Shown here: positions 37,175-47,433 of the stretch, one piece after another
How positions within the stretch are numbered: the first letter of the stretch is position 1
Layout of the letters: each line of letters opens with the position of its first letter
IMG/VR virus record: IMGVR_UViG_3300028832_000102
Coordinates: 32,001-96,000 of that record
DNA length: 64,000 nt
Reading direction: 5' to 3' (one strand)
Source: a virus
Taxonomy: Duplodnaviria; Caudoviricetes
Translations under genes and position numbers: made by a program
The notes under the pieces: generated by a model
Told to the model about the DNA's origin: nothing
The model's input: only the letters and a program-made list of their open reading frames with translations
Databases searched by the model: none

Positions 37175-40100
37175 ATGGCAAACAGATACGACATCATCCG
37201 CATTGATTTCCAGGCCAGCGCCAAGGGAGCAAACACCGCCATTGAGAGCATCCGACAGGAGGCTGAACAGTGTAACAACAAGATTTCAGAGCTAAAGAAG
37301 AATATTGCCGAAGCTCCGAAGAACGGCACCGACGCTAAAATAGTAGAAGGCTGGAATGCTGAACTGAAGGTAATGGATAAGCGCTTCAAGCAGTTTAATA
37401 CCGCCTACAAAGAGCTTATCAAGGGTATGCGTGCGCTGGACGAGGGTGTGAAGATGTTTAACGACGGATCACTGTCGCAGATGAATGCTGCGTTCCAAAA
37501 GACCGTAAACAACGCCGCCAAACTGGCACAGAGCAAACTGGAGACCGGTTCGAACGAATGGCGACAGATGGGGGCTCTGATGCAGGAGACGGAGCAGAAC
37601 TATGCTCGCATGCAGCGCGACACCGACCAACTTATAGAGTCGCTGAAGAATGGCGGCACCGTGTTCCGCAAGACCTTGGACGACGAGATTAAGGGCCTGC
37701 AGGATCTGATGCGCATTTTGCCGTATATGGGCACTGAATATCGTAAGGCCGAAGAGCAGATGAAGTTCCTTGTTAAGACCAGTGACGAACTGATTATCAA
37801 GGAGCGTCAGATGCAGGGTGAGATTGCGACTACCAACGACGCCCGTCGCGTGTCGTATCAGTTGACCAAGGAGGGAGCCGAGGCTGCCCGTCAGCGTGTC
37901 GCTGCCGCTGACGAGGAGATTGAGAAAGGCAAGCAGATTATCGCTAATCTGGAAGAGGAACAGAAGACTCGTGAGGCCAACGCTCGCGTGTCGGCTCAGG
38001 CTGCCGCCGAGTATCGCCAGAACCAAAAGATGCACGAGGACGAGATTGAGCGTCTGGATGCAGAGATGAAGAAAGAAATGGAGCTGGCCAAATCAAAAAA
38101 GAATGGTGTTGAAGCCCTGAAAGAGAAAGCTCTTGGTCTGCAGGATGAAGCCGAAACAGAAAAGAAGAAGCAGCAGGAACTCGACGGAGTTCGCGATACC
38201 GCCAGAGAAAAGGTGGAGAAACTGCGCCAGGAATATGAAGCCCTGAAACAAAGCGTAGGCAGTGCGCCTGCAAAAGACCCCGTGAGCGAAGCCGTAAAGG
38301 CTGGCGCAGAGGAAGTCGTTGAGGTCGTAAAAAAAGAGGCTGAGGAGACCAAGAAAAAGACCACGGCCAAAAAGGAAGAAAACCAGGCTACAAAGGAAGC
38401 AACCGAGATTAAAAAGGAAGAAGTAAAGGTTGAGGAGAAGGTCGTTGAGACGCAGAAAGAGGAAAATAACACTGTAGAGCTGCTTATGGCGGCCAACGAC
38501 AAGATTCAAGAGAAAATTAAAGAACTGACAGCAGAGTGTGAAAAACTTGCCGCTGCCCAAAAGGAAGGCGCTCTGGCCACCAAAGAGGAAGCTAACGCCT
38601 TTGCCGACCTAAGCAAGGAACAAGCCGAGGCTATGCTCAAACAGAAGCAGGCGCTCTCCACCTTCAAGGCCGAAGGCGGCAAAATGACTGTTACCAATCG
38701 CGAGGAAGCGCAGCAGTACCTCTTCGATGTAATTGGTGAGATAGCACCAAGCAATGTTGGAAAAACGAATCTTTCCATCCAGAACGGCAAGGAAAAGATT
38801 GGGCAACTGCTGGGCAAGTTCCGCGAGCGCTACGGTTTGAAGGATGACAACGAGTCCATGGATGCCATCAGAGAACTGATGTCTGGCGGCGGACTGATCA
38901 AGAGCGGATTCATGAATCCGCAGTTCTTAATTCTCGAGCAAAATACTGCAAAGATTGACGCATTCAATAAGTCGATCAAAGACCTGACGGCGGTTATCAA
39001 CGGAGAGACAAAGGCCGTAGAGGAGAACGTAGAAAAGAAAAAGACATTAGAGGAGATTGATGCCGAGATAAATTTATTGGATAGACAGTCCGCTGAACTT
39101 AGTAAACAGACTGCCAGAATAAGAAACGGCATTTCGGACGGTACTGTTAAGGAAGTTAAAGCGAACAGCAAACTGGCCGAATCTCACAACCAGAATACAG
39201 AAGCCATCAAAAAGGAGATTGAGGCTATCAAGCAGTTGACTCGTGAACAGGTCAAGTCTCTGAGAGATGAGATGCTTACAAAATCAACTGTTGGATGGAA
39301 GGCTAACAAATTGGATGCTTCAAACCTTGAACAGGTACAGCACTGGATCATTACAGAAGCCAGAAAACTTGGTAATATGGACGAAAACGGCGTTGTTAGC
39401 CTGAAAGGAAATAACATTGATAAACTGATGACGGAGTTCCATAAAACATACGGTGTTAATGGTGAACCAGGAATCAGCAATGACCTTTTCAAGGAAATTA
39501 TAAAAGGCGAGGGCGGCGGTTTGTTTAAAAAGGGAGGATCTCTTAAAGGAGATGACCTAAAAATAAATATTAACAATGAAGCTTACGACGCACGACTTCA
39601 GAAGTTAGAAGCAATCTTTGAAATTACCAACAAAATAGCAAATGCTTCTAATAATTCTTCTAGAACAACGAAGGAACATACAGATGCTATTGCCGAACAG
39701 GAACAGAAGGTTAAAGACCTGAAACAAAAATGGGAAGAAGCCAAAGTTGAGTACAATAAATATAATGACGAGTACAAAAAGAAAGTCTCTGAAGCCAAAA
39801 GACTGAGCAGAGGCTCTATGGATGAGCAGGTTTTGGCGGTAGAAAAAGAAGCTAAAGCAGATACGTACAAAGAAACCTATGTAGACCCTGCAGCTAAACG
39901 GCGCGAACAATATAGAAAGCTTCACGCGTCTGCAAATGCTGTTCTGACAAGAATGCGCAATGCGCAGTCTCAGGACACCGATGAAACCCAGAAGAATACC
40001 GATGCTCAGAACCAGAATACCGAAGCTACGGAGAACAATACCAAGAGCAAAGGTCGCAAAAAGAAGGCTGCAGAGGAAACCGCCAAGGCTACCGCCGAAG

Positions 40101-43100
40101 AGACACAGAAGTCTGCAGAACTCTTAGCCAAGGAGAAAGAACTGTCTGATGCCGAGAAGGAACTGGAGACCGCACAGAAGAATGCGGAGAATCAGCAGAA
40201 GAAAACGACCAAGGCGGTCGAGGACGCCGAGGCGGCTGTAACCAAAGCTGACGAAGCAGACAAGAAGCACGTCGAGACAATGGATAAGCTGGCCGACGAG
40301 CAGCAGCAGCACAAGAAGGATCTGCAAGAACTGAACGAAGCCAACAAGGATACTATCGCCACTAACGAAAAGAATCAGCAGTTGTTGGCCGAGACCAACA
40401 ACAAGATCCTGGAACAGGGCGAGAAGATACGTGACGCCGAGCGTATCAAGGCTCAGGCAAAGACCGAGGGTATCGAAAAGACAGAAAAAGCTATCCGTCT
40501 GTTGAAAGAGGAGAACGACCGTATCGACCAGAACAGCTTCACATGGAAGCGCAACACCATCGAGATTCAGCATCTGCAGGAAGCACTCGACGAGATGAAG
40601 GGTAAGCCCGCCCTGATGATGATGGAGCAAAGGATGAAGAACGTCGGTTCCCTCTCCAACACAGCCTTCGAGGAGACAAAGAAGTTCTGGCAGGCCATGT
40701 ACGACGGTGCTGATAAAGGCAGCGACAAACTGAAAGAGGCCGAGGAACACTTGAAGAAGATAGCAGAGGAAGAGGCAGCGAGGGTACGTGTGAAGGGTGC
40801 CGAAGCCATATCGTTCTTCAACGACAAGAACGTCTTTAGTGGGGTGGATTCAGAAGGCAATCAGATATTCAAGACCAAGGCAGAGGCGGCTAGTGCCGCT
40901 GAAACCGCTGAGCAGGTGAAGGCACTACAGGTCTACCGCGACCTGCTGCCCAAGGACACCGACGCCGCCACTATCGAGAGCATCAACAAGATACTGGAAG
41001 AACAGACGCGCATAGCCAAGGAGCTGACCGGCGAATGGATGTCCTACGACGACGCCGTGGAGCTGGCTAGCAAGGCTGGTGGCGAGGGATTCATTGCCAC
41101 CACGCAGCAGATGCAGCAGGCTGTGCAGGCTATGGAACGCCAGCGCGACGAACTGATTAAGACCATTCAACTGAAGCAGAAGGACGGCAAGGCTACTGCC
41201 GATGAGCAGGCACAGCTCGAAAAGCTGGAGAAGGAGCTGAAGGACTTGAAGTTCGAGCAGGACAACTTCAACATGAGTCACGACAAAATGAAGCGCCTGT
41301 TGAAGGAACCTACCAGAGCCGACAACCTGGACGAACTGAAAGCGGCCATCAAGCGTGCCGACGGCGAGCTGCACCGCATGGGGCAGACCATGGACAAGAA
41401 CAACAAGGAGTACAAGGAGTTTGCCGAGCAGGTGCGCAACGCCAAGAACATGCTGAAGGAGATGGAGGGGCAGGCCAAGGCCAGCGCCACGGCATGGGAG
41501 AAGGCATGGAGCCGCTTGAAGACCTATGTAGTGATGTACATGGGCTTTAACGCCGTATGGAAAAAGTTCATGGGCACCGCAGACGACCTGATGCAGCTCT
41601 CCGACAAGATGGGCGAGGTACGCAAGACGACGGGATTCTCTGCTGATGAAGTAGGAAGGTTGAGTGATAACCTGAAGAAACTCGACGTACGCACTCCTTT
41701 GACACAGCTCCTAGAGATTAGTGCCAAGGCCGGTCAGCTGGGTTTGAAGAGCGAGCAGGACGTGATGGGCTTCACGGAGGCTGCAAACAAGCTGATGATT
41801 GCCCTGCCTGAAATGGGAGCCGAGGCCGCCACGGAAATGATGAAGGTGGCCATCGCAACAGGTGAGGTGAAGAAGATTCAGGATCAGCTGAACCAAGGAC
41901 TGATTGAAGGCTCGTCAGCTACGGAGGTAGCTCTGGAGAAGGTAGGTTCAACCATTGACCAGTTGCGTGCCAACAGTGCCGCTGCTGCTCCGCAGATTAC
42001 GGACTTTGTGAAGCGTGTTGGTGCCGTGGGTGCTCAGAGCGGCATCACGATTGATCAGGTGGCTGCACTGGGTGCTACGGTGGACGCTATCGGTCTGCGT
42101 GTAGAGATGTCGGCTACGGCTCTGTCTCGTATGATACCTGCTATCCGCAATAACGCATTTGATGTGGCCAAGGCTATCGGTATGGCACCTAACGCTCTGC
42201 GTGAGATGTTTGACAAGGCAGGTGGCGGCATGGAGGCTATGCTGGCCATATTCCAGCATATCAAGGATGCTGGGTTGGATCCTGATTCAATTGAAAAGTT
42301 ACTGGGCATGGGCGGCATGCAGGATGTAATGAAGCAGTTGAACCAACAGGGTGCCCGTGCGGGTATTGTGTTTGCCGGACTATCACAAAACGTGGACGAA
42401 CTGCGCAAGAACCTGGGTGTGGCTCACGAGGCTTACGAGGACAATATCGCTATCCTGCAGGAGTATAATAAGATGAACGATACAACTGCTGCAAAATGGG
42501 ATCGTTTCAAAAACAAACTTGAAGAGTTCTTTGTGGGTGATCGCACACAGCGTTGGCTCGGCGGGCTTATTACAGGAATGCGTACTGTTCTTGATCTACT
42601 TACAGGTAGCAATGGATGGGCTGCGGCTTTTAGAACCATTGTACTGTATCTTGGCGTTGTGAAACTCAATATTGCAGGAGTCCTCTCTGGCGTAAAAAAT
42701 ATAAGCGTCAGCCTGAAAGGTATTGCAATGACTATAGGACTTATTGACAAAGAAACAAAAAAACTGGCATGGGGCAATATCTTTACGGCTGCTGCGGCGG
42801 CAGTACTGTGGCTATGGGTGGAGCTAACCGACCTGAAATCTGCAGTTGATAAAGCCAACGAAGCTCTTGGAAAAACCAAGGAGGAGACAGACCGTGTAAT
42901 AGATCGGTTTGAAGGATACTGGGCGAAATTAAAGAGTACCAACGAGGCTTTAGTTCAGGCTAAAGCCAGTCACGAAAAGTTGTCTGCAGAGGTTGATAAA
43001 CTACGAAAGAGCACTGATGGTTCTGCGGAATCTACGGCGAAGCTAAAGGAAAAGGAAGACGAACTTACAAAGAGCGAGGACAGCGTGACTCGCGCAAGTA

Positions 43101-46100
43101 ACGACCATAAGTCGGCTATTTCACAGATGAATAGCATCTATGGTAAGTACCTAGGCTTCATCCTGACAGAGGCTAATTACTCAGATTTGGCAGCTGCAGC
43201 CCACGACAAGGTGACGGCTGCTATCAAGCGCGAGATGCTAATTAAACAAAAGCAAGCGGCCTTGGTTAATGTGGACAGCGAATACGCTGACAATATTGCC
43301 AAGGACTATGGTAATCTATATGAACGATTGGTCAAATATGGCAAACTGGAGCGCAGTGAGGCTGCAAAGGTCATGAGCGACATGCAGAAATTCATGCGCG
43401 AGAATATGAAATACGATGCCACCAAGAATGAAACGATAGTAAAAAGTGCCGTCATTAACCAACTGAAGAAGAAAAATAAAGATATAGATTTAAGCGATGC
43501 TGATGCCAGTGAGATTGCCGGTTTGTGGTTTAATCAGTATTTAAAAGACAATTATCATATAGACGAAGGAGTAAGAGAGGGGCTTTCGGGTGTTTCGTTT
43601 AATTACAAATTAGACAAAGGATGGGGTAACGTCCTTACTTTTGCGTCGAACTTACGTGGCGATTACGCCGATACATACGCTAAGCGCGAGCAGGAGCGTG
43701 GAGCCGTTGCACAAGTTTTTGACGTTGATATCTCATCTGTGGAGGGTGATGAAAGCAAATCTGCAACAGAACTACTGCAGCGCATGGAGAAAAGAGCTAA
43801 CGAAGCTAAGAAGAAAATCCTCGATAAGAAAATATCCGACAAGGAACGTAACGAGGCTTATGGCGAACTTGCCAACTCTCTTGAGGGACTGGAGAATCGT
43901 ATCAACGAACTGGATCCGCAGAAGGATGCCGAGACAATTAACCGTTTGAACAAGATGGCTACTTCACTCAAGGGAGAAGGTATCGACATCAAGAAACTGA
44001 AGAAAGCCCGCGAGCAGATTCACCAGACCCTGTTTGAAAAGGCCACATTTGACGAGAATACCCTCAATAACCTCGATACTACTAATCCGCAGGGTAAGAA
44101 ACTCGGTGCCGACTCTACCGACTGGAAGAACATGACGGCAGAACAACTGGTGAACCGACGCAAGCAGATGAAGGACTTCGTGAACGCCATTCAGACAGAC
44201 TCGGATATTCAGAAGGTGCTGGGTGAGGATGCTGCTCTGAAGAAAGCTATTGATAAGGGTATGTCTTCAGATATGCGTACCGTGGTAGAGTGGTACAATA
44301 CCGAGCGCCTGAAGATTCAGGACGAGCTGTACAGCCGCCACCTGACGAACACCGGCGACTGGAAAGACCCGAAGAAGGGGTCTGGCTCGTGGCGCAAGCA
44401 GCTGCAGACGGACTTCGACACATACCTGAAGATACTCGATGCCTACTACACCGAGCGCAAGGCGAAGATAGAGAAGGCTCAGACAGAGGAGGGTATGAGC
44501 GAGGCAGAGGCACAGCGCCTGACCATCGAGAACGAGACGGTATGGCGCAAGCATCGCATGGAGCTGCAGAAGATTTACCTGGGCAAGGGTGCCGAGATAG
44601 CCAAGGAGGAACGGCAGCGCATCTATAACATCCTGGGTGAGCAGGACGAGGAAGACCCGAAGTTCGTGGAAAAGACCATCGCCCGCTCGCTGGAGAAGAT
44701 GAAAGAGCTGGAGAGCAAGGGCGAGCAGGGACTGGTGGAGTACCGAAAGATTGAGTCGAAGCTCATCAAGGACATCGCCACCGACCTGTATAAGCAGCAG
44801 AACACCGTGTCGAAGCAGATGGAGGCCATCAGCAAGATTATCGCGGAAGAGCGGCCCTTCGACGGACTGGTGGAGAACCTGGAGAAGAACCTTTCAACGA
44901 TGGGTATCCTCTTTGCCGAGCTTGACAAGAAGCGTCAGGAGGCCATTGCCGCAGGACTGGAACCTGAGGATGACACCCGTCTGCGCGGTCAGGAAGAGGT
45001 GAACAAGCGTATGCTGGTATTGATGCAGCAGGCCGAGGATGCCTACACACTGACCTTCGACAAGCTGAAGGAGGTAATGATCAAGGAGGGCTTTGCCGAC
45101 TGGGCCAACGCCATTGAGAACGACGACCAGCTGAGCAAGGGTATGATGGCCATGCTGCGCAAGATGTACGACGACGTCCACAACACCATCAAGAAGGAGT
45201 CCACCCAGATGAAAAAGGAACTGGATATCTGGTGGAACGACGTAGAGGGTGAGGGCAAGTTGAGCCGCAAGGGTGGCTTCGAGAAGATGCTGAGCGACCT
45301 GGGTCTGAAGGAAGACCAGGTGAAGCGGGCTAACAGTCTGATAGGTGCCGGTGCAGCTTCGGAGCGCGTGGCTGACAAGCTGGCTATCCAGCAGATGCGC
45401 GTGCGTCTGGCGATGCAAAATGCCTACTATGCCAAGATGAAGGAGATAGGCAAACTGCGCGTGAAGCAGTTGGAGGACGAAGCGGAGGATTACAAGAAGG
45501 CTGGCGACATGCAGAACTACGAGCTGAAGATGCTCGATGCAAAGCACGCACAGCAAGCCTTGAACCTCTCGCTCTCTGAGGAACAGAAGAAGGTACTGGA
45601 ACAGGAGGTGGCCATCACCAACCAGTTGGAGGAATCCCAGAACCGCCTGTATAAGGAGCTGAAGGAGTGGGGCGACCTGCTCTATAGCAGTGTGCGCGAA
45701 ATAATGGAAGCTGAGCAGGCGGGCAACGCGGAGTACTACAACGAGCGTGCGAAGCTGAACCTGACGGGCAATGGCGGGCCTGGAGCGGGCACGTACGTCG
45801 TGATTGAAGACGAGGGTACGGAGGACGCTACCGCCCACTACGAGTACCTGGACGAGCGCCAGGCCCTGGAGCGCCAGCACGAGATAGAGCGCGAGAACGC
45901 CCAGGCCGAGGCATGGGAGAAACTTTTCGACGACTTTAATCAAAAAATGGCGGATAGCATCACCGACTGGATGAATGCCTACCTGCAAAATCAAGCCGTG
46001 GAAGCGAACACGCAGGCACTGAAGGAGAATACCGAGAAGCATCAATCGCAGCTGGAAATCATCAAAGAACAGGACGGTATCATTGAGTACAATACAGATG

Positions 46101-47398
46101 CCACACGCTCGAATACCAACGCGCTGAAAACGCTGACTGATAAACTGGCTGAGGGAATTGCTATCAAGCCTGCAACCGATACTGGCTCAAATCCAGCCAC
46201 TGCTCAGGGTGGTACCACGAGCATCACTACCGAGCAGACCACAGAGGGAGATCAGTCTATGATGGTAATGCCTGGCGTGACTCCGGGCGTGCAGTGGACA
46301 CTGACCGAAGACCAGATGGAGGCAGAACAGGCACAGCTGGATCAGCGCGTGCAGATGCAGATTGATGCTGCGGAAAAGGTGAGGATAGCCCAGGAGGATT
46401 CGTTCCACAAAGCGGCCAAGACAGAGGGCGACACTGGCAAACAGATGCAGAAGAGCTCGCAAAGCACGTTTGCCAAGATGACGATGGCTGCCAACATGTA
46501 TGGTGTGGCTTATCAGGCTATGTCGAATGACAACCTGAGCACCACGCAGAAGTTTGAAATGATGGCACTGCAGGCGGTTGGTAACTATGCTATCGGCGCT
46601 CTGACCACCGAGATGGCGGCGGCATCGGCGAAGGCGGCTACCGACAGTCCGGGCGTGCTTGGTAAGCTATGGAAGGAGCTGGGATGGGCTGCAACACCGG
46701 TGTTTGCTATCTTTACAGGTTTGTTGGGTGGCTTGATGGGATTGGCTTCAAGCAAGATAGGTAAGGCGAAGAGCCAGATTGCTCAGGCTACCGGTGCCAG
46801 CAGCGCAAGTGCTGGCAAGCTTACCACGGGTATGCTGGCGTATGCCGAGGGTAACGTGAACGAGTTCACTGATCCGGGCACACTGACTCCCGGACGTTCG
46901 TACAACGTTGATGCTGCCGACGGAAAAACGTATCGCGCAAAATACACGGGAAGTAACCCGAAGACGCACATTACCAACGGACCTGAGTTCCACCTTGTGG
47001 GCGAGGCAGGACGCGAGGCGATCATCGACGCGCACACCACCCGCAACATCCAGCTGAACGAGCCTGAGATATGGGGCGCAATCAAGACCCTTTACAACGG
47101 CGGCTCCCTCAGCCACACGCCCACCCGCCGCCGTGGCGTCCGCGCCTTCGCCGACGGCAACATCGACGACTTCGAGGACGTGCTCGGCGGTTCCGCCACC
47201 GAGAATGGGATGGGCGGCTTCACGCCAGAGATGGCCATGTCGATGCAGGCATCGCTCGACCGTAACAGCGAGGTAATGGAGCAGATTGCCGCCAACGGCA
47301 TCGAGGCATTCGTAAGCCCCTACGGCCCGCGTGGCGTCGTCGCTGGCTACGACAAGGCGAAGAGGGAGGCCATGAGGCACGGGGAGAAATACCTATAG
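37175..47398 (+). CDS. Tail tape measure protein, 3407 aa
   Basis: Coiled-coil throughout; central TMP core (LSDKMGEVRKTTG, AGQLG, ITDFVKRVGAVG, ALGAT); C-terminal VGEAGREAII. Confidence 0.9.
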   Translation: MANRYDIIRIDFQASAKGANTAIESIRQEAEQCNNKISELKKNIAEAPKNGTDAKIVEGWNAELKVMDKRFKQFNTAYKELIKGMRALDEGVKMFNDGSLSQMNAAFQKTVNNAAKLAQSKLETGSNEWRQMGALMQETEQNYARMQRDTDQLIESLKNGGTVFRKTLDDEIKGLQDLMRILPYMGTEYRKAEEQMKFLVKTSDELIIKERQMQGEIATTNDARRVSYQLTKEGAEAARQRVAAADEEIEKGKQIIANLEEEQKTREANARVSAQAAAEYRQNQKMHEDEIERLDAEMKKEMELAKSKKNGVEALKEKALGLQDEAETEKKKQQELDGVRDTAREKVEKLRQEYEALKQSVGSAPAKDPVSEAVKAGAEEVVEVVKKEAEETKKKTTAKKEENQATKEATEIKKEEVKVEEKVVETQKEENNTVELLMAANDKIQEKIKELTAECEKLAAAQKEGALATKEEANAFADLSKEQAEAMLKQKQALSTFKAEGGKMTVTNREEAQQYLFDVIGEIAPSNVGKTNLSIQNGKEKIGQLLGKFRERYGLKDDNESMDAIRELMSGGGLIKSGFMNPQFLILEQNTAKIDAFNKSIKDLTAVINGETKAVEENVEKKKTLEEIDAEINLLDRQSAELSKQTARIRNGISDGTVKEVKANSKLAESHNQNTEAIKKEIEAIKQLTREQVKSLRDEMLTKSTVGWKANKLDASNLEQVQHWIITEARKLGNMDENGVVSLKGNNIDKLMTEFHKTYGVNGEPGISNDLFKEIIKGEGGGLFKKGGSLKGDDLKININNEAYDARLQKLEAIFEITNKIANASNNSSRTTKEHTDAIAEQEQKVKDLKQKWEEAKVEYNKYNDEYKKKVSEAKRLSRGSMDEQVLAVEKEAKADTYKETYVDPAAKRREQYRKLHASANAVLTRMRNAQSQDTDETQKNTDAQNQNTEATENNTKSKGRKKKAAEETAKATAEETQKSAELLAKEKELSDAEKELETAQKNAENQQKKTTKAVEDAEAAVTKADEADKKHVETMDKLADEQQQHKKDLQELNEANKDTIATNEKNQQLLAETNNKILEQGEKIRDAERIKAQAKTEGIEKTEKAIRLLKEENDRIDQNSFTWKRNTIEIQHLQEALDEMKGKPALMMMEQRMKNVGSLSNTAFEETKKFWQAMYDGADKGSDKLKEAEEHLKKIAEEEAARVRVKGAEAISFFNDKNVFSGVDSEGNQIFKTKAEAASAAETAEQVKALQVYRDLLPKDTDAATIESINKILEEQTRIAKELTGEWMSYDDAVELASKAGGEGFIATTQQMQQAVQAMERQRDELIKTIQLKQKDGKATADEQAQLEKLEKELKDLKFEQDNFNMSHDKMKRLLKEPTRADNLDELKAAIKRADGELHRMGQTMDKNNKEYKEFAEQVRNAKNMLKEMEGQAKASATAWEKAWSRLKTYVVMYMGFNAVWKKFMGTADDLMQLSDKMGEVRKTTGFSADEVGRLSDNLKKLDVRTPLTQLLEISAKAGQLGLKSEQDVMGFTEAANKLMIALPEMGAEAATEMMKVAIATGEVKKIQDQLNQGLIEGSSATEVALEKVGSTIDQLRANSAAAAPQITDFVKRVGAVGAQSGITIDQVAALGATVDAIGLRVEMSATALSRMIPAIRNNAFDVAKAIGMAPNALREMFDKAGGGMEAMLAIFQHIKDAGLDPDSIEKLLGMGGMQDVMKQLNQQGARAGIVFAGLSQNVDELRKNLGVAHEAYEDNIAILQEYNKMNDTTAAKWDRFKNKLEEFFVGDRTQRWLGGLITGMRTVLDLLTGSNGWAAAFRTIVLYLGVVKLNIAGVLSGVKNISVSLKGIAMTIGLIDKETKKLAWGNIFTAAAAAVLWLWVELTDLKSAVDKANEALGKTKEETDRVIDRFEGYWAKLKSTNEALVQAKASHEKLSAEVDKLRKSTDGSAESTAKLKEKEDELTKSEDSVTRASNDHKSAISQMNSIYGKYLGFILTEANYSDLAAAAHDKVTAAIKREMLIKQKQAALVNVDSEYADNIAKDYGNLYERLVKYGKLERSEAAKVMSDMQKFMRENMKYDATKNETIVKSAVINQLKKKNKDIDLSDADASEIAGLWFNQYLKDNYHIDEGVREGLSGVSFNYKLDKGWGNVLTFASNLRGDYADTYAKREQERGAVAQVFDVDISSVEGDESKSATELLQRMEKRANEAKKKILDKKISDKERNEAYGELANSLEGLENRINELDPQKDAETINRLNKMATSLKGEGIDIKKLKKAREQIHQTLFEKATFDENTLNNLDTTNPQGKKLGADSTDWKNMTAEQLVNRRKQMKDFVNAIQTDSDIQKVLGEDAALKKAIDKGMSSDMRTVVEWYNTERLKIQDELYSRHLTNTGDWKDPKKGSGSWRKQLQTDFDTYLKILDAYYTERKAKIEKAQTEEGMSEAEAQRLTIENETVWRKHRMELQKIYLGKGAEIAKEERQRIYNILGEQDEEDPKFVEKTIARSLEKMKELESKGEQGLVEYRKIESKLIKDIATDLYKQQNTVSKQMEAISKIIAEERPFDGLVENLEKNLSTMGILFAELDKKRQEAIAAGLEPEDDTRLRGQEEVNKRMLVLMQQAEDAYTLTFDKLKEVMIKEGFADWANAIENDDQLSKGMMAMLRKMYDDVHNTIKKESTQMKKELDIWWNDVEGEGKLSRKGGFEKMLSDLGLKEDQVKRANSLIGAGAASERVADKLAIQQMRVRLAMQNAYYAKMKEIGKLRVKQLEDEAEDYKKAGDMQNYELKMLDAKHAQQALNLSLSEEQKKVLEQEVAITNQLEESQNRLYKELKEWGDLLYSSVREIMEAEQAGNAEYYNERAKLNLTGNGGPGAGTYVVIEDEGTEDATAHYEYLDERQALERQHEIERENAQAEAWEKLFDDFNQKMADSITDWMNAYLQNQAVEANTQALKENTEKHQSQLEIIKEQDGIIEYNTDATRSNTNALKTLTDKLAEGIAIKPATDTGSNPATAQGGTTSITTEQTTEGDQSMMVMPGVTPGVQWTLTEDQMEAEQAQLDQRVQMQIDAAEKVRIAQEDSFHKAAKTEGDTGKQMQKSSQSTFAKMTMAANMYGVAYQAMSNDNLSTTQKFEMMALQAVGNYAIGALTTEMAAASAKAATDSPGVLGKLWKELGWAATPVFAIFTGLLGGLMGLASSKIGKAKSQIAQATGASSASAGKLTTGMLAYAEGNVNEFTDPGTLTPGRSYNVDAADGKTYRAKYTGSNPKTHITNGPEFHLVGEAGREAIIDAHTTRNIQLNEPEIWGAIKTLYNGGSLSHTPTRRRGVRAFADGNIDDFEDVLGGSATENGMGGFTPEMAMSMQASLDRNSEVMEQIAANGIEAFVSPYGPRGVVAGYDKAKREAMRHGEKYL

Positions 47399-47433
47399 AA
47401 AGAAACGTGGTTTAATTAATTCACAACGAAGAC

